Positions 47,152 to 56,328 of a DNA stretch of 64,000 nucleotides are shown one piece after another. Each line of letters begins with the position of its first letter. Within the stretch, counting starts at the first letter, position 1. The notes under the pieces are model-generated. The model ran no database searches and was not told where the DNA came from. It was given only the letters and a program-made list of their open reading frames with translations. Both the position numbers and the translations under genes were made by a program. Origin of the DNA: an uncultured Gemmatimonadales bacterium (GTDB lineage: Bacteria > Gemmatimonadota > Gemmatimonadetes > Gemmatimonadales > GWC2-71-9); contig CAWCFX010000003.1 of assembly GCA_963795085.1 (NCBI GenBank), forward strand, positions 32,001 through 96,000. The letters run 5' to 3'.

Positions 47152-49164
47152 TTAGTTGGGCGTCAGCGTGTAGCTGGGGGCGTTGGCGAGGTCGGTGACC
47201 GCCTTCGTCAGCATCCTCACCTTGGCCTGGTCGCGGGCACTATTCGTTTCGTTCTGGACCCGGGCGGCCAACTGGGTCAGCGCGTTCTTGCGGGCGTCGC
47301 CGGAGAGGCGTTCCGCCCGGCCCAGTTCCTCCCGGATCGAGGCGATCCGGCCCTTGTCCATCCCGTTGGACCGCTCCAGCTGGTCGAGATAGGCACCCAC
47401 CAGCGCGGTCGAGGGCGGCCAGGTGTACTGCGGCTGCCCCTGGGTGTTGAAGTACGCCAGGCGCACCGACTTGGCCGCATCGATCTCGTTCTGGGACAGC
47501 AGCGGGCTCGGCGTCAGGTCGAGAATATCCAGGCCCCGGGCAATCTCCGAGCTGTAGATATTGCCATTGTACCAGTAGGCCGACCACGACCCCGCGCTGC
47601 CCAGCCGGGTCGAATCCACCGGGCCCCGGTCGAAGAACGCAATCTCCTTCGGATGGGCGGCATCGGTGAAGTCGAAGACCGAGATCCCGCCCTGGTACCA
47701 GGCCTGCACCATGATGTCGCGGCCCGGCACGGGAATCAGCGACCCGTTGTGGGCCACGCAGTTCTCGTTGGAGGTCTGCGCCGCCGGCATCTTGTAGTAA
47801 CTCTGGAACTCCATCTTCTTGTTCGCGTTCAGCGTGAAGATGGCGTTGGCGCCCCATTCCGGCCGGTCGGTGGCCCGGCACTTGGGCCCGCCGCCCCCGC
47901 CCCATTCGTCGGAGAAGAGGATCTTGCTGCCGTCGTTGTTGAAGGTGGCCGAGTGCCAGTAGGAGAAATTGGAATCCGCCACGGCATCGATCCGGCGAGG
48001 ATTGGTCACGTCGCTGATATCCAGCAGAAGCCCGTATCCGCCGCATGCGCCACCCGCCAGGCCCAGCGCGGGGTACACCGTAATATCGTGGCACTGGTTG
48101 GGACCGGGACGCGGTGCGTTGGGGTCGCCAGCCGGCTGGCCGCCTACCAGGACCGCGATAATTCCCGGCATTGCCGTCCGAAGCGCCGCGCTGTCGGCCG
48201 CAGTTGGGGCACCGGTGCCGTTGCGGGCCTTGACCACGCTGTCCAGCATGGGCCGGACGAAACCATCGGGCAGGACGATCTCATTGCCCTGAATGGTGGC
48301 GGTATAGCCGCCCCGCGCGCGCGCTGCCTCAGCTCTCGCTTTCGCCTCGGCGACGTCCTGGGGAGCTTCCCCGTGGGTGGGCGGAGCGACCAGGTTCTCG
48401 AAGATCCGGGGAGAATTCGCGATATGCGCGCGGGTGGGATCGGCCAGCGGCACCTGGATGACCTCGATCCGGAACAGGGAAGAGTTGGGATCCTTATCCG
48501 GCGCCATCCGGGAGCAGCCCGGCATCTCGGAGGGCGACCGCACGTTCGCGGAGCCGCTCACGTAGATGTAGACGTTGTCCCTGTCCTTCGGGTCTTCTAC
48601 GACCGTGTGAGTATGCGAGCCCCGGCAGGTCTGCACGTTGGCGACATACTTCGGGTTCGCGATATCGGTGATGTCAAAAATCCGGATGCCGCGCAGCCGG
48701 TCCGGGCTCACCGAGTCCTGCACCCCCTGGACGCCGCAGTCCACCCGTCCGCCCATGCCCTCGCCGGACACGAACAGCAGGTTCTTATATACCGACACGT
48801 CGCTCTGCGACGCCGGACAGAGGTACTCGGTCTTCAAGGTCGGTTGGGCGGGATTACTGATATCCCAGACCTGGAAACCGTTGTAGTTCCCCTGGATCGC
48901 GTACTGGCCGGTAAAGGCCAGGTCGGAGTTGGTGACGCCCTTGAACTTGGGCGCCGCTGGCGTGTTGGCGACCACCCGCATGTTCCAGGTCGCCTCCTCG
49001 GCGTCGGTCAGCCCGGCTCGGAGGCCAACCCGCGGGTCCGGCGAAGGGGCCGCCGTTGCCCCGGTGTTCACCGAGCCGGCGGAGGAGCATCCCAGCGCCC
49101 CGGCCAGCCCAAGCAGGAGCGCGGCGGAAAAGCTGGAGCGGATTCGTGACGTCTGTGTCTTCAT
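47152..49164 (-). CDS. LVIVD-repeat beta-propeller lipoprotein
   Basis: Lipobox ALGC; FQVWDISNP, IRIFDITDI, LLDISDV, ISVFDFTD repeats; CRGSHTH, CHD, YWHS, NCVAHN. Confidence 0.8.
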   Translation of the reverse strand: MKTQTSRIRSSFSAALLLGLAGALGCSSAGSVNTGATAAPSPDPRVGLRAGLTDAEEATWNMRVVANTPAAPKFKGVTNSDLAFTGQYAIQGNYNGFQVWDISNPAQPTLKTEYLCPASQSDVSVYKNLLFVSGEGMGGRVDCGVQGVQDSVSPDRLRGIRIFDITDIANPKYVANVQTCRGSHTHTVVEDPKDRDNVYIYVSGSANVRSPSEMPGCSRMAPDKDPNSSLFRIEVIQVPLADPTRAHIANSPRIFENLVAPPTHGEAPQDVAEAKARAEAARARGGYTATIQGNEIVLPDGFVRPMLDSVVKARNGTGAPTAADSAALRTAMPGIIAVLVGGQPAGDPNAPRPGPNQCHDITVYPALGLAGGACGGYGLLLDISDVTNPRRIDAVADSNFSYWHSATFNNDGSKILFSDEWGGGGGPKCRATDRPEWGANAIFTLNANKKMEFQSYYKMPAAQTSNENCVAHNGSLIPVPGRDIMVQAWYQGGISVFDFTDAAHPKEIAFFDRGPVDSTRLGSAGSWSAYWYNGNIYSSEIARGLDILDLTPSPLLSQNEIDAAKSVRLAYFNTQGQPQYTWPPSTALVGAYLDQLERSNGMDKGRIASIREELGRAERLSGDARKNALTQLAARVQNETNSARDQAKVRMLTKAVTDLANAPSYTLTPN

Positions 49165-49769
49165 GGGGCAGGTTCTCCAGAAGGTAACGAAACGAGCATG
49201 CCTTTCAAGCGCTCGATTTCAGTGGTCTGTTCGGCATTCATGTCGGAGGCAAACTTGAAGACGAAATCGTCCTGCGCCGCCCCCGGCGCGGCAAGCAACT
49301 CCCGCACCATGGCGAGGGCGCCTTCGTGGTGCTGGATCATATAGGTCAGGAACAGCCGGTCGAACTCGGTACCCCGTGCAGCATCCAGCCGGGCGAGCTG
49401 GTCGGCCGAGAGCATCCCCGGCATGTGCATGGAGTGGTCCATCGGGTGCGCGGCATCCGGCACCGGCTTGCCCCGTTCGGTGAGCCACTGAGTCATCAAC
49501 GTGATGTCGTCGGTCTGCCCCACCACAATGCGCTCGGTGAGGGTCCGGATCTGCCGGTTGGCCCCGTGGCTGGCCGCCCACCCGCTGATCAAGATAGCCT
49601 GGGTATGGTGCGGGATCATCCCCGTCAGGAAGTGGACATCCGCATCCGTATAGGCCTGCATCGGCCGAACCGGCCCCGCCGTCGCCGTCGAGGCCGGGGC
49701 ACATCCCTGCAGGAGGGCCACGGCCGCCCACGCAGCCAAGACGAACGAACGACGAAGAGGTTTCATCAT
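49161..49769 (-). CDS. DUF305 (ferritin-like, CopM-like) lipoprotein
   Basis: DVHFLTGMIPHHTQA and FLTYMIQHHEGA; HPMDHSMHMPGM linker; lipobox LQGC. Confidence 0.88.
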   Translation of the reverse strand: MMKPLRRSFVLAAWAAVALLQGCAPASTATAGPVRPMQAYTDADVHFLTGMIPHHTQAILISGWAASHGANRQIRTLTERIVVGQTDDITLMTQWLTERGKPVPDAAHPMDHSMHMPGMLSADQLARLDAARGTEFDRLFLTYMIQHHEGALAMVRELLAAPGAAQDDFVFKFASDMNAEQTTEIERLKGMLVSLPSGEPAP

Positions 49770-49802
49770 GAGATCCCGGGTACGCTGGTGTCGGTTGTGT
49801 TA

Positions 49803-49808
49803 AGTATA
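49803..49808 (-). promoter_or_regulatory. -10 element upstream of DUF305
   Basis: TATACT in an AT-rich spacer between ftsW and DUF305. Confidence 0.45.
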
Positions 49809-49832
49809 ACGGGAAAGTGGCCTCCCGGGATT

Positions 49833-51011
49833 CTACGGGTTTCTCTCCGCGCCGCGCTTCCCCCCGCGGGCCGGGGCCGGCCGGCCCCGCTGCCTCCCGA
49901 TATTGATCAGGATGCCGGTCCCGACCATGGAGATCAGCAGGCTGCTCCGTCCATGGGACATGAACGGCAGCGTGAGGCCGGTGGTGGGCATCAGGCCCAT
50001 GGTCACCGCCATATGAAGGAAAGCGGAGACCCCGACCGCCGCCGTCAGCCCGACGGCGAGATACTGGCCGAAGGGATCGCTGGCGGTGCGGGCGATCCGG
50101 AACCCCATCCAGCAGAAGGTCGCGAAGAGCAGCACCACGACGCACACCCCCAGAAATCCCCATTCTTCCCCGATGGTGCTGAACAGGAAGTCTGAATAGG
50201 CGTAGGGAACGTAGCCCAGCTTCTGCTGCCCTTCCCCGAACCCCTGCCCCAGGATCCCGCCGCTGCCAAAGCCAATGATGGACTGGGCCAGCTGGAAGCC
50301 GGCTCCGGTGTCGGTGCTGCCGCCGTCCAGGAAGGCGGTAAACCGGCGAATCCGGTATTCCACGTCCGAGATCTGGTTGGCCACCAGGAGCACCGCCCCA
50401 AAGGCAAGCAGCAGGAAGTGCCCGATCTTGGCGCCGGCGGTAAACAGCACCAGCATGCCCAGCAGCCCCACCAGGGTCGCCATGGACAGGTTGGGCTGCA
50501 GGAGAATCAGGAGCGAGACGAAACCGATCACCAGCAGAAAGGGAAGTACGCCTTTCTTGAACTGGCGGACCTGCTCTCCCTTCTTGGCCGCCAGCATCGC
50601 GCACCAGATGACGATAACCAGGCGGGCCATCTCGCTGGGCTGAAAATTGACCGGCCCGATGTCCACCCAGCGCCGGGCCCCGTTGCGGAGCGGAGCGATA
50701 CCATGGGTGAAAGGCAGCAGGGGAATGACCAGAAAGACCAGGATGCCCAGGAGGAGCGGCCACGCCAGCCGCTGCCAGAGCCGGTAATCCAGCCGGGACA
50801 CGATCAGCAGCGCGACCCCGCCCACCGCCGCCCCGCTCAATTGGGACAGGGTGTACCCGAGGCCGATGTTCTCCCCCGAACTGCTGGAGAGGAGACTCGC
50901 CGCCCCGTACATGCTGGCGATACCGAACACGATCATGGTCGCCGTGACCACCGCGAGCAGCCGGGTTTCCCAGCGGAGTTCCCCCGGATGCAGAATGGCG
51001 GGGCCGCTCAC
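49833..51011 (-). CDS. ftsW: Peptidoglycan glycosyltransferase FtsW
   Basis: NGARRW, FQPSE, EEWG, PTTGLTLPFMS.G; dcw position. Confidence 0.94.
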   Translation of the reverse strand: MSGPAILHPGELRWETRLLAVVTATMIVFGIASMYGAASLLSSSSGENIGLGYTLSQLSGAAVGGVALLIVSRLDYRLWQRLAWPLLLGILVFLVIPLLPFTHGIAPLRNGARRWVDIGPVNFQPSEMARLVIVIWCAMLAAKKGEQVRQFKKGVLPFLLVIGFVSLLILLQPNLSMATLVGLLGMLVLFTAGAKIGHFLLLAFGAVLLVANQISDVEYRIRRFTAFLDGGSTDTGAGFQLAQSIIGFGSGGILGQGFGEGQQKLGYVPYAYSDFLFSTIGEEWGFLGVCVVVLLFATFCWMGFRIARTASDPFGQYLAVGLTAAVGVSAFLHMAVTMGLMPTTGLTLPFMSHGRSSLLISMVGTGILINIGRQRGRPAPARGGKRGAERNP

Positions 51012-52363
51012 AGCGCCTCCACCGCGGCCCGGAACTGGGCGCCGCGGTCCTCATAGTTCCGGAACATGTCATAGCTGGAGCAGGCCGGGGACAACAGCAC
51101 CACGTCCCCCGGCTGGGTCGCCTTGCGGGCCCGCTCGATGACATCGGGGAACCCGTTCCCCCGGATCACTTTGATCCGGCCGGCGAGTTCGCGCTCCACC
51201 TGGTCGCCGGCCTCCCCGAACGCCACCACCGCCCGGCACCGTTCCCGCAGCCGGTCGACCAGCCCCGCGTAGGGTTCCCCCTTGTGGCGGCCGCCCAGGA
51301 GCAGGACGTAGGGCCGGTCCATCGCGTCCAGCGCCACCGCGGTCGACGCGATATTGGTCGCCTTGGAGTCATTCACCCAGAGCACGCCGCCCACTTCGCG
51401 GACCGGCTCCATCCGGTGCGGCAGGGAGCGGAAGGTCCGCAGCCCCTCGGCGATGGCCTCCCGCCCCGCTCCGGCTGCCTCGGCCGCCAGCGATGCGGCC
51501 AGCGCGTTGGCCACGTTGTGATCGCCCAGCAGGGAAAGCTCTTCCCTCTTGAGGAGCACCCCGCGACCCAGCATCAGCCGTCCCCGGGCCCGGTCGAACC
51601 AGCCTTCGGCCTTGCCCTGGACCGAGAACCGCCGCCGGGTGCCGGCCGCGCCGTCGCTCATCGCCAGGGCGCGCTCATCGTCGCCGTTGACCACCCAGAT
51701 GGACGCGGCGTGGGCATGCAGAAACAGGCGCGCCTTGTCCGCGAAGTACGCGTCCAGCGAGTCGTACCGGTCCAGGTGGTCGGGGGCCAGGTTGGTCAGG
51801 ACTCCGACCGCCGGCGCGAAGTGGGCGCTGTCGTGCAGCTGAAACGACGACACCTCCACGGCAAGCCACGCATAGGGTTCGTCCTCCATGACGGCCTGGG
51901 ATAGCGGGATCCCGATATTCCCGGCCGCGGACGCCCGTTGCCCCGTCGCCTGGAGCAAATGGGCGATGAGCGCGGTGGTGGTCGTCTTCCCGTTGGTCCC
52001 CGTCACCGCGATGCAGCGGGTCGCTGGATCGAGCCCGAGGAAACCGACATCAATCTCGGAGTGCACCGGGATCCCGGCGGTGCTCGCGGTGGCCAGGGGC
52101 GGCGAATGGGGAGGAAACCCCGGCGACACCACGACCGCCGCGGCCCGCTTGATTCGCATAAGGTCATGCCCGCCCAACTGCACCGACGCCCCGCCCCGTC
52201 CCAGCGGGGCCGTGCGCTTCTCGAGATCGGGGCCGCTCTCCAGCTCCGAGGCGTATACCTTTATCCCCCGCGACAACAGCAGCCGGGCGGCCGCGATCCC
52301 GCTCCGTCCCAGCCCCAGCACCGCCACTTCCCGGCCCCGTTCCCGCCACTCGTCGAGCAGCAT
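51008..52363 (-). CDS. murD: UDP-MurNAc-L-Ala--D-glutamate ligase
   Basis: GLGRSG, GTNGKTTT, EVSSFQL, NDSKATN, SPACSSYD. Confidence 0.96.
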   Translation of the reverse strand: MLLDEWRERGREVAVLGLGRSGIAAARLLLSRGIKVYASELESGPDLEKRTAPLGRGGASVQLGGHDLMRIKRAAAVVVSPGFPPHSPPLATASTAGIPVHSEIDVGFLGLDPATRCIAVTGTNGKTTTTALIAHLLQATGQRASAAGNIGIPLSQAVMEDEPYAWLAVEVSSFQLHDSAHFAPAVGVLTNLAPDHLDRYDSLDAYFADKARLFLHAHAASIWVVNGDDERALAMSDGAAGTRRRFSVQGKAEGWFDRARGRLMLGRGVLLKREELSLLGDHNVANALAASLAAEAAGAGREAIAEGLRTFRSLPHRMEPVREVGGVLWVNDSKATNIASTAVALDAMDRPYVLLLGGRHKGEPYAGLVDRLRERCRAVVAFGEAGDQVERELAGRIKVIRGNGFPDVIERARKATQPGDVVLLSPACSSYDMFRNYEDRGAQFRAAVEAL

Positions 52364-53490
52364 CAGCGCACCTTGAGCGTGGCGAAGGCCAGCATCGCGC
52401 AGAACATGCCCAGGATATAGAACCGGGTCACCACTGTCGTCTCGGCCCAGCCCATCTTTTCGAAGTGGTGATGCAGCGGTGCCATCCGGAAGACCCGGTG
52501 GGCATCGGCGTACTCCCTGCCCCGGGTGCGCTTGAACCACTTGTAAGTCCCGGTCTGCACCAGGACCGAAATCGCTTCCACCACGAAGACTCCCCCGATG
52601 ACGAGTAGCAGGAATTCCGCCTTGAGCAGGATGGCCACCGTGCCCAATGCACCCCCGATGGCCAGGCTGCCGGTATCGCCCATGAACACCTGGGCGGGAT
52701 GGGCGTTGAACCAGAGGAAGCCGAGGCTGGCGCCCATCAGCGCGGTCAGGAAGATGGCCAGTTCGCCGGCGCCGGGCAGGTAGAAGAGGTTGAGGTAATT
52801 GGTGGCGTCCACCCGTCCGAAGACATAGGCGAAGAAGGCAAAGGCGGCAGCCGCGATCGCGGTGAGGCCGGTCGCCAGTCCGTCCAGCCCATCGGTCAGG
52901 TTCACCGCGTTCGTGGTCCCCGTGATCACCGTCGTTACGAACGCCACGAAGACGACCGGCGCGAACACCACGACCAGGTACTTGAAAAAGGGCAGCGTAG
53001 TGGCGGTAATGGGCATGATGGCCGGGTCCACCACCGGCTTGTAGTAAAGCACCAGGGCCAGCACCAGCCCGAAGGTGATCTGACCCACCAGCTTCCACTT
53101 GGCTACCAGGCCGCGCGACTTGCCCTGGACGATCTTGAGATAGTCGTCGAGGAACCCGATGCACCCCATCCACAGGGTGGCCAGCAGGGCATAGATGACG
53201 AACCGGTTGTCCAGCCGGGCCCAGAGCAGGGTCGGAATCACCGCCGAGATGAGGATGATGATTCCGCCCATCGTGGGGGTTCCCCGTTTCCCCTGGTGAG
53301 TCGCCGGACCTTCGGCCCGGATCACCTGGCCGATCTTCCGCGCCCGAAGAAACCTGATGATGCCCGGCCCGATCAGAAAGGCGATCAGCAGGGCGGTGAC
53401 GGTCGCACCCGCTGCCCGGAAACTGATATAGTTGAACAGGTTGAACAGGAGGTACCGATCGCCCAGCGGAGCAAGGAGATGATAGAACAT
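52363..53490 (-). CDS. mraY: Phospho-MurNAc-pentapeptide transferase
   Basis: KRGTPTMGG, DDY, NLTDGLDGL, FMGDTGS, MAPLHHHFE. Confidence 0.98.
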   Translation of the reverse strand: MFYHLLAPLGDRYLLFNLFNYISFRAAGATVTALLIAFLIGPGIIRFLRARKIGQVIRAEGPATHQGKRGTPTMGGIIILISAVIPTLLWARLDNRFVIYALLATLWMGCIGFLDDYLKIVQGKSRGLVAKWKLVGQITFGLVLALVLYYKPVVDPAIMPITATTLPFFKYLVVVFAPVVFVAFVTTVITGTTNAVNLTDGLDGLATGLTAIAAAAFAFFAYVFGRVDATNYLNLFYLPGAGELAIFLTALMGASLGFLWFNAHPAQVFMGDTGSLAIGGALGTVAILLKAEFLLLVIGGVFVVEAISVLVQTGTYKWFKRTRGREYADAHRVFRMAPLHHHFEKMGWAETTVVTRFYILGMFCAMLAFATLKVR

Positions 53491-53530
53491 CGGCGCTTAC
53501 AGTCCGGGGCGGCGGGCGGCGTGGATGACT

Positions 53531-54880
53531 TCAATGCGAGGGTGCAATGCCGACTCCTAAGTAAGGTAAGATCGTTTCCAGCGCCACCCCGCGGGATGCC
53601 TTGAGTACGATCAGCTCGTCTCCCTGGAGCCGGTCCGCCAGGCGGGGGCCCAGTTCGGCCGGGTTCGACGCCGTGAGCAGCCGCTCCCCCAGGGTCGCCC
53701 GGTGCGACTCGAGTGCCGGCACGAAGTCTCCCACCGCGGCCAGGATGTCCGGCTGGAGCGCCACCAGCCGCTCGGCGATCTCGGCGTGCAGCCGGGGGGA
53801 ATCCGGGCCCAGTTCCCGCATGCTCCCCGCCACGAAGACCAGGCGTCGCCGGTCCCGCATCGCCCGGGCCGTGGCGATCGCGGCCCGGAACGAACTGGGG
53901 TTCGCATTGTAGGCGTCGTGGACAATGGTGAAACCGCCCGACTCCAGCAGTTCACCCCGCCCGCCGGGCAGCACCAGCGCGGAAAGCGCCCCCGCCGCGC
54001 GGACCGGGTCCAGTGGGAGTTCCCGGACCAGCGCCCACGCCAGCATCGCGTTGGCCACCTGGTGCTCCCCGCGAAGGGGCAATGTGACCTGGTGCCCGTC
54101 CACCGTGAACATCGATCCGCCGTCGGCGTTGATGGTCAGCGACGAGGGACACACAATGGCGCCCTTGAGTCCCGCCGTGATCACCCGCCCGGCCACCTCA
54201 CGCGCCCGCGCTGCCAGTTCCGGAGGGTCCGTCCCCACGATGGCGAGCGGAGCCCCCTGGGCCAGCGACACCTTCTCGCGCATCACCCCGTCCAGCGAGC
54301 CGAACCCTTCGAGGTGCGATTCGGCGACAGTAGTAATTAACACGGTCGAGGGCTCAATGATGGCCCGGGCCCGGGCAATCTCGCCCGGCAGGTTGGCCCC
54401 CGCTTCGATCACCAGGGCTTCCGCGTCCGCCGGCGCCCCGAGGATGGTCTGGGGAATGCCCACCAGGTTGTTAAAGTTGGACCTGGTCGCGTGGGTCGTG
54501 AACCGGGTTCCCAGGATCGCCGCCGTCATTTCCTTGGTGCTGGTCTTCCCATTGCTGCCGGTGATCGCGATGACCGGCCCGGCAATCTGCCGGCGCCGCC
54601 GGCGGGCCAGCTGGCCATAGGCGATCAGGGTATCGGGGACTTCATAGAAATGGAGACCATCCACCGGTTCGGCGCCGGTGTGCACCACGGCCGCCCGGGC
54701 GCCGGCCTCCCGGGCCTGGTGCAGGTGGGCGTGGCCGTCAAATCGTTCACCCACCAGCGCCACGAAGAGCGCTTCGGCCCCGAGCGTTCGGGTGTCAGTC
54801 GAGATCTCGCTGAACCCGCCGTCCGGCCCCGGCTCCACCTGCAGCGCCTCGGCCACGAACGCGCTGTCGTAGTGCGTCAT
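53531..54880 (-). CDS. murF: UDP-MurNAc-tripeptide--D-Ala-D-Ala ligase
   Basis: TGSNGKTSTK, NFNNLVG, DAYNANP, KASRG. Confidence 0.95.
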   Translation of the reverse strand: MTHYDSAFVAEALQVEPGPDGGFSEISTDTRTLGAEALFVALVGERFDGHAHLHQAREAGARAAVVHTGAEPVDGLHFYEVPDTLIAYGQLARRRRRQIAGPVIAITGSNGKTSTKEMTAAILGTRFTTHATRSNFNNLVGIPQTILGAPADAEALVIEAGANLPGEIARARAIIEPSTVLITTVAESHLEGFGSLDGVMREKVSLAQGAPLAIVGTDPPELAARAREVAGRVITAGLKGAIVCPSSLTINADGGSMFTVDGHQVTLPLRGEHQVANAMLAWALVRELPLDPVRAAGALSALVLPGGRGELLESGGFTIVHDAYNANPSSFRAAIATARAMRDRRRLVFVAGSMRELGPDSPRLHAEIAERLVALQPDILAAVGDFVPALESHRATLGERLLTASNPAELGPRLADRLQGDELIVLKASRGVALETILPYLGVGIAPSH

Positions 54881-56328
54881 GACGCGGCCCGAAGCACGAT
54901 GTCCCGCTCATCGAACGGCAGTTTGTCGGCTCCCACCACCTGGTAGGTTTCATGGCCCTTGCCAGCCAGCAGGATAGTATCGCCCTTGCGGCCCAACGCC
55001 AGCGCGGCGAGGATGGCATCGCGCCGATCGGGAATGCGCTGATGCGGCTTGCCGCCCATGCCCCGCTCGATCTCGTCGATGATGCCGTCGGGATTCTCCG
55101 TCCGGGGGTTGTCCGAGGTGACGATGGGAACATCGGCGCCCTCGGCCGCGATGCGGCCCATCAGCGGCCGCTTCCCCCGGTCGCGGTCGCCGCCGCATCC
55201 GAACACGACGATCAACCGCCCAGTGGTCAGCGGCCGCAATGCGTCCAGGGCCCGTTCCAGCGCGTCCGGTGTATGCGCGTAGTCGCGTAGCACCACGCAG
55301 GGCGATTCGGTGAGCACCTCCATCCGTCCCGGCACCTGGGGCGACGTCTCCAGCCGGGCGATGACGTCCGTGAACGGCACGCTCAGCGCCAGGGCGGCCG
55401 CCGCGGCACCTATCGCGTTGGCCACGTTGTAATCACCCAGCAGAGGGAGCCGGACCGGGGCACGCCCCCACGGCGTGGTCAACTGAAACATGCTGCCGGC
55501 ACTATCCAGGCGCAGATCGGCGGCCCGGACATCGGCGGCCGGATGCTGCCCGAATGTAATGCGATGGGCCCCGGGTTCCTTCAGGGCAGCCCAGGCCGGG
55601 TCATCCAGGTTGACCACCTCGTACCCCGAGGGCTGCAACAGGCCCCGCAGGCGCAGCTTGGCGGCGAGATACTCCTCCATGGTGCGGTGGTAATCGAGGT
55701 GGTCCTGGGTCAGGTTGGTGAACACCGCCGCCGCGAACGCGAGGTCATCCAGCCGGCGCTGGTCCAGCGAGTGGGAGGACGCCTCCATCACCACGGTGCG
55801 GACCCCGCGGCCCACCAGGGTAGCCAGCGTCGCCTGTAGATCCACGGGACCTGGGGTGGTCAGCGAACCCGCGGTGGAAGGGACCCGGTCACCTTCGCCG
55901 TCGAACGCACCCAGGGTTCCAATACTGCCCGCCTGGTCGCCACCGTTCAGCAGATGGCGGGCCAGCGCGGTGGTCGTGGTCTTTCCATTGGTGCCGGTCA
56001 CGCCCACCAGGGTAAGGTGGTCGGCGGGCCGGCGGTGCCAGGCAGTGGCCGCAACCGCGGCCGCCCGGCGTCCGTCCGTGACTACGATCTCGGGCAACCC
56101 GCTTCCCTGCGCCGCCTCCACCACCAGCGCCGCCGCGCCCCGGGCCACTGCGTCGCCGACAAACCGGTGGCCATCGGACTGGGTCCCCCGCACCGCGATG
56201 TACAGGTTGCCCCGCTCGAGCTGCCGGGTGTCGTCGGTGATGCCGGTGAGGCGGGGCACACTGCCCGGGACGGAGACGACCAGCCCCTCGCGGCGGAGCG
56301 CGGTGACGATCTGCTGGAAATCCGTCAT
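54877..56328 (-). CDS. murE: UDP-MurNAc-dipeptide--meso-DAP ligase
   Basis: GTNGKTTT, MEASSH, DYAHTPD, SDNPR (DNPR motif indicates meso-DAP), GKGHE. Confidence 0.96.
   Translation of the reverse strand: MTDFQQIVTALRREGLVVSVPGSVPRLTGITDDTRQLERGNLYIAVRGTQSDGHRFVGDAVARGAAALVVEAAQGSGLPEIVVTDGRRAAAVAATAWHRRPADHLTLVGVTGTNGKTTTTALARHLLNGGDQAGSIGTLGAFDGEGDRVPSTAGSLTTPGPVDLQATLATLVGRGVRTVVMEASSHSLDQRRLDDLAFAAAVFTNLTQDHLDYHRTMEEYLAAKLRLRGLLQPSGYEVVNLDDPAWAALKEPGAHRITFGQHPAADVRAADLRLDSAGSMFQLTTPWGRAPVRLPLLGDYNVANAIGAAAAALALSVPFTDVIARLETSPQVPGRMEVLTESPCVVLRDYAHTPDALERALDALRPLTTGRLIVVFGCGGDRDRGKRPLMGRIAAEGADVPIVTSDNPRTENPDGIIDEIERGMGGKPHQRIPDRRDAILAALALGRKGDTILLAGKGHETYQVVGADKLPFDERDIVLRAAS

Noticed and set aside
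51008..53173. 721-aa MurD fusion (similarly the extended GatB, FtsQ, MBL and kinase ORFs)
   Set aside because: Upstream extensions overlap neighbouring genes; internal starts at stop/start overlaps fit the family lengths
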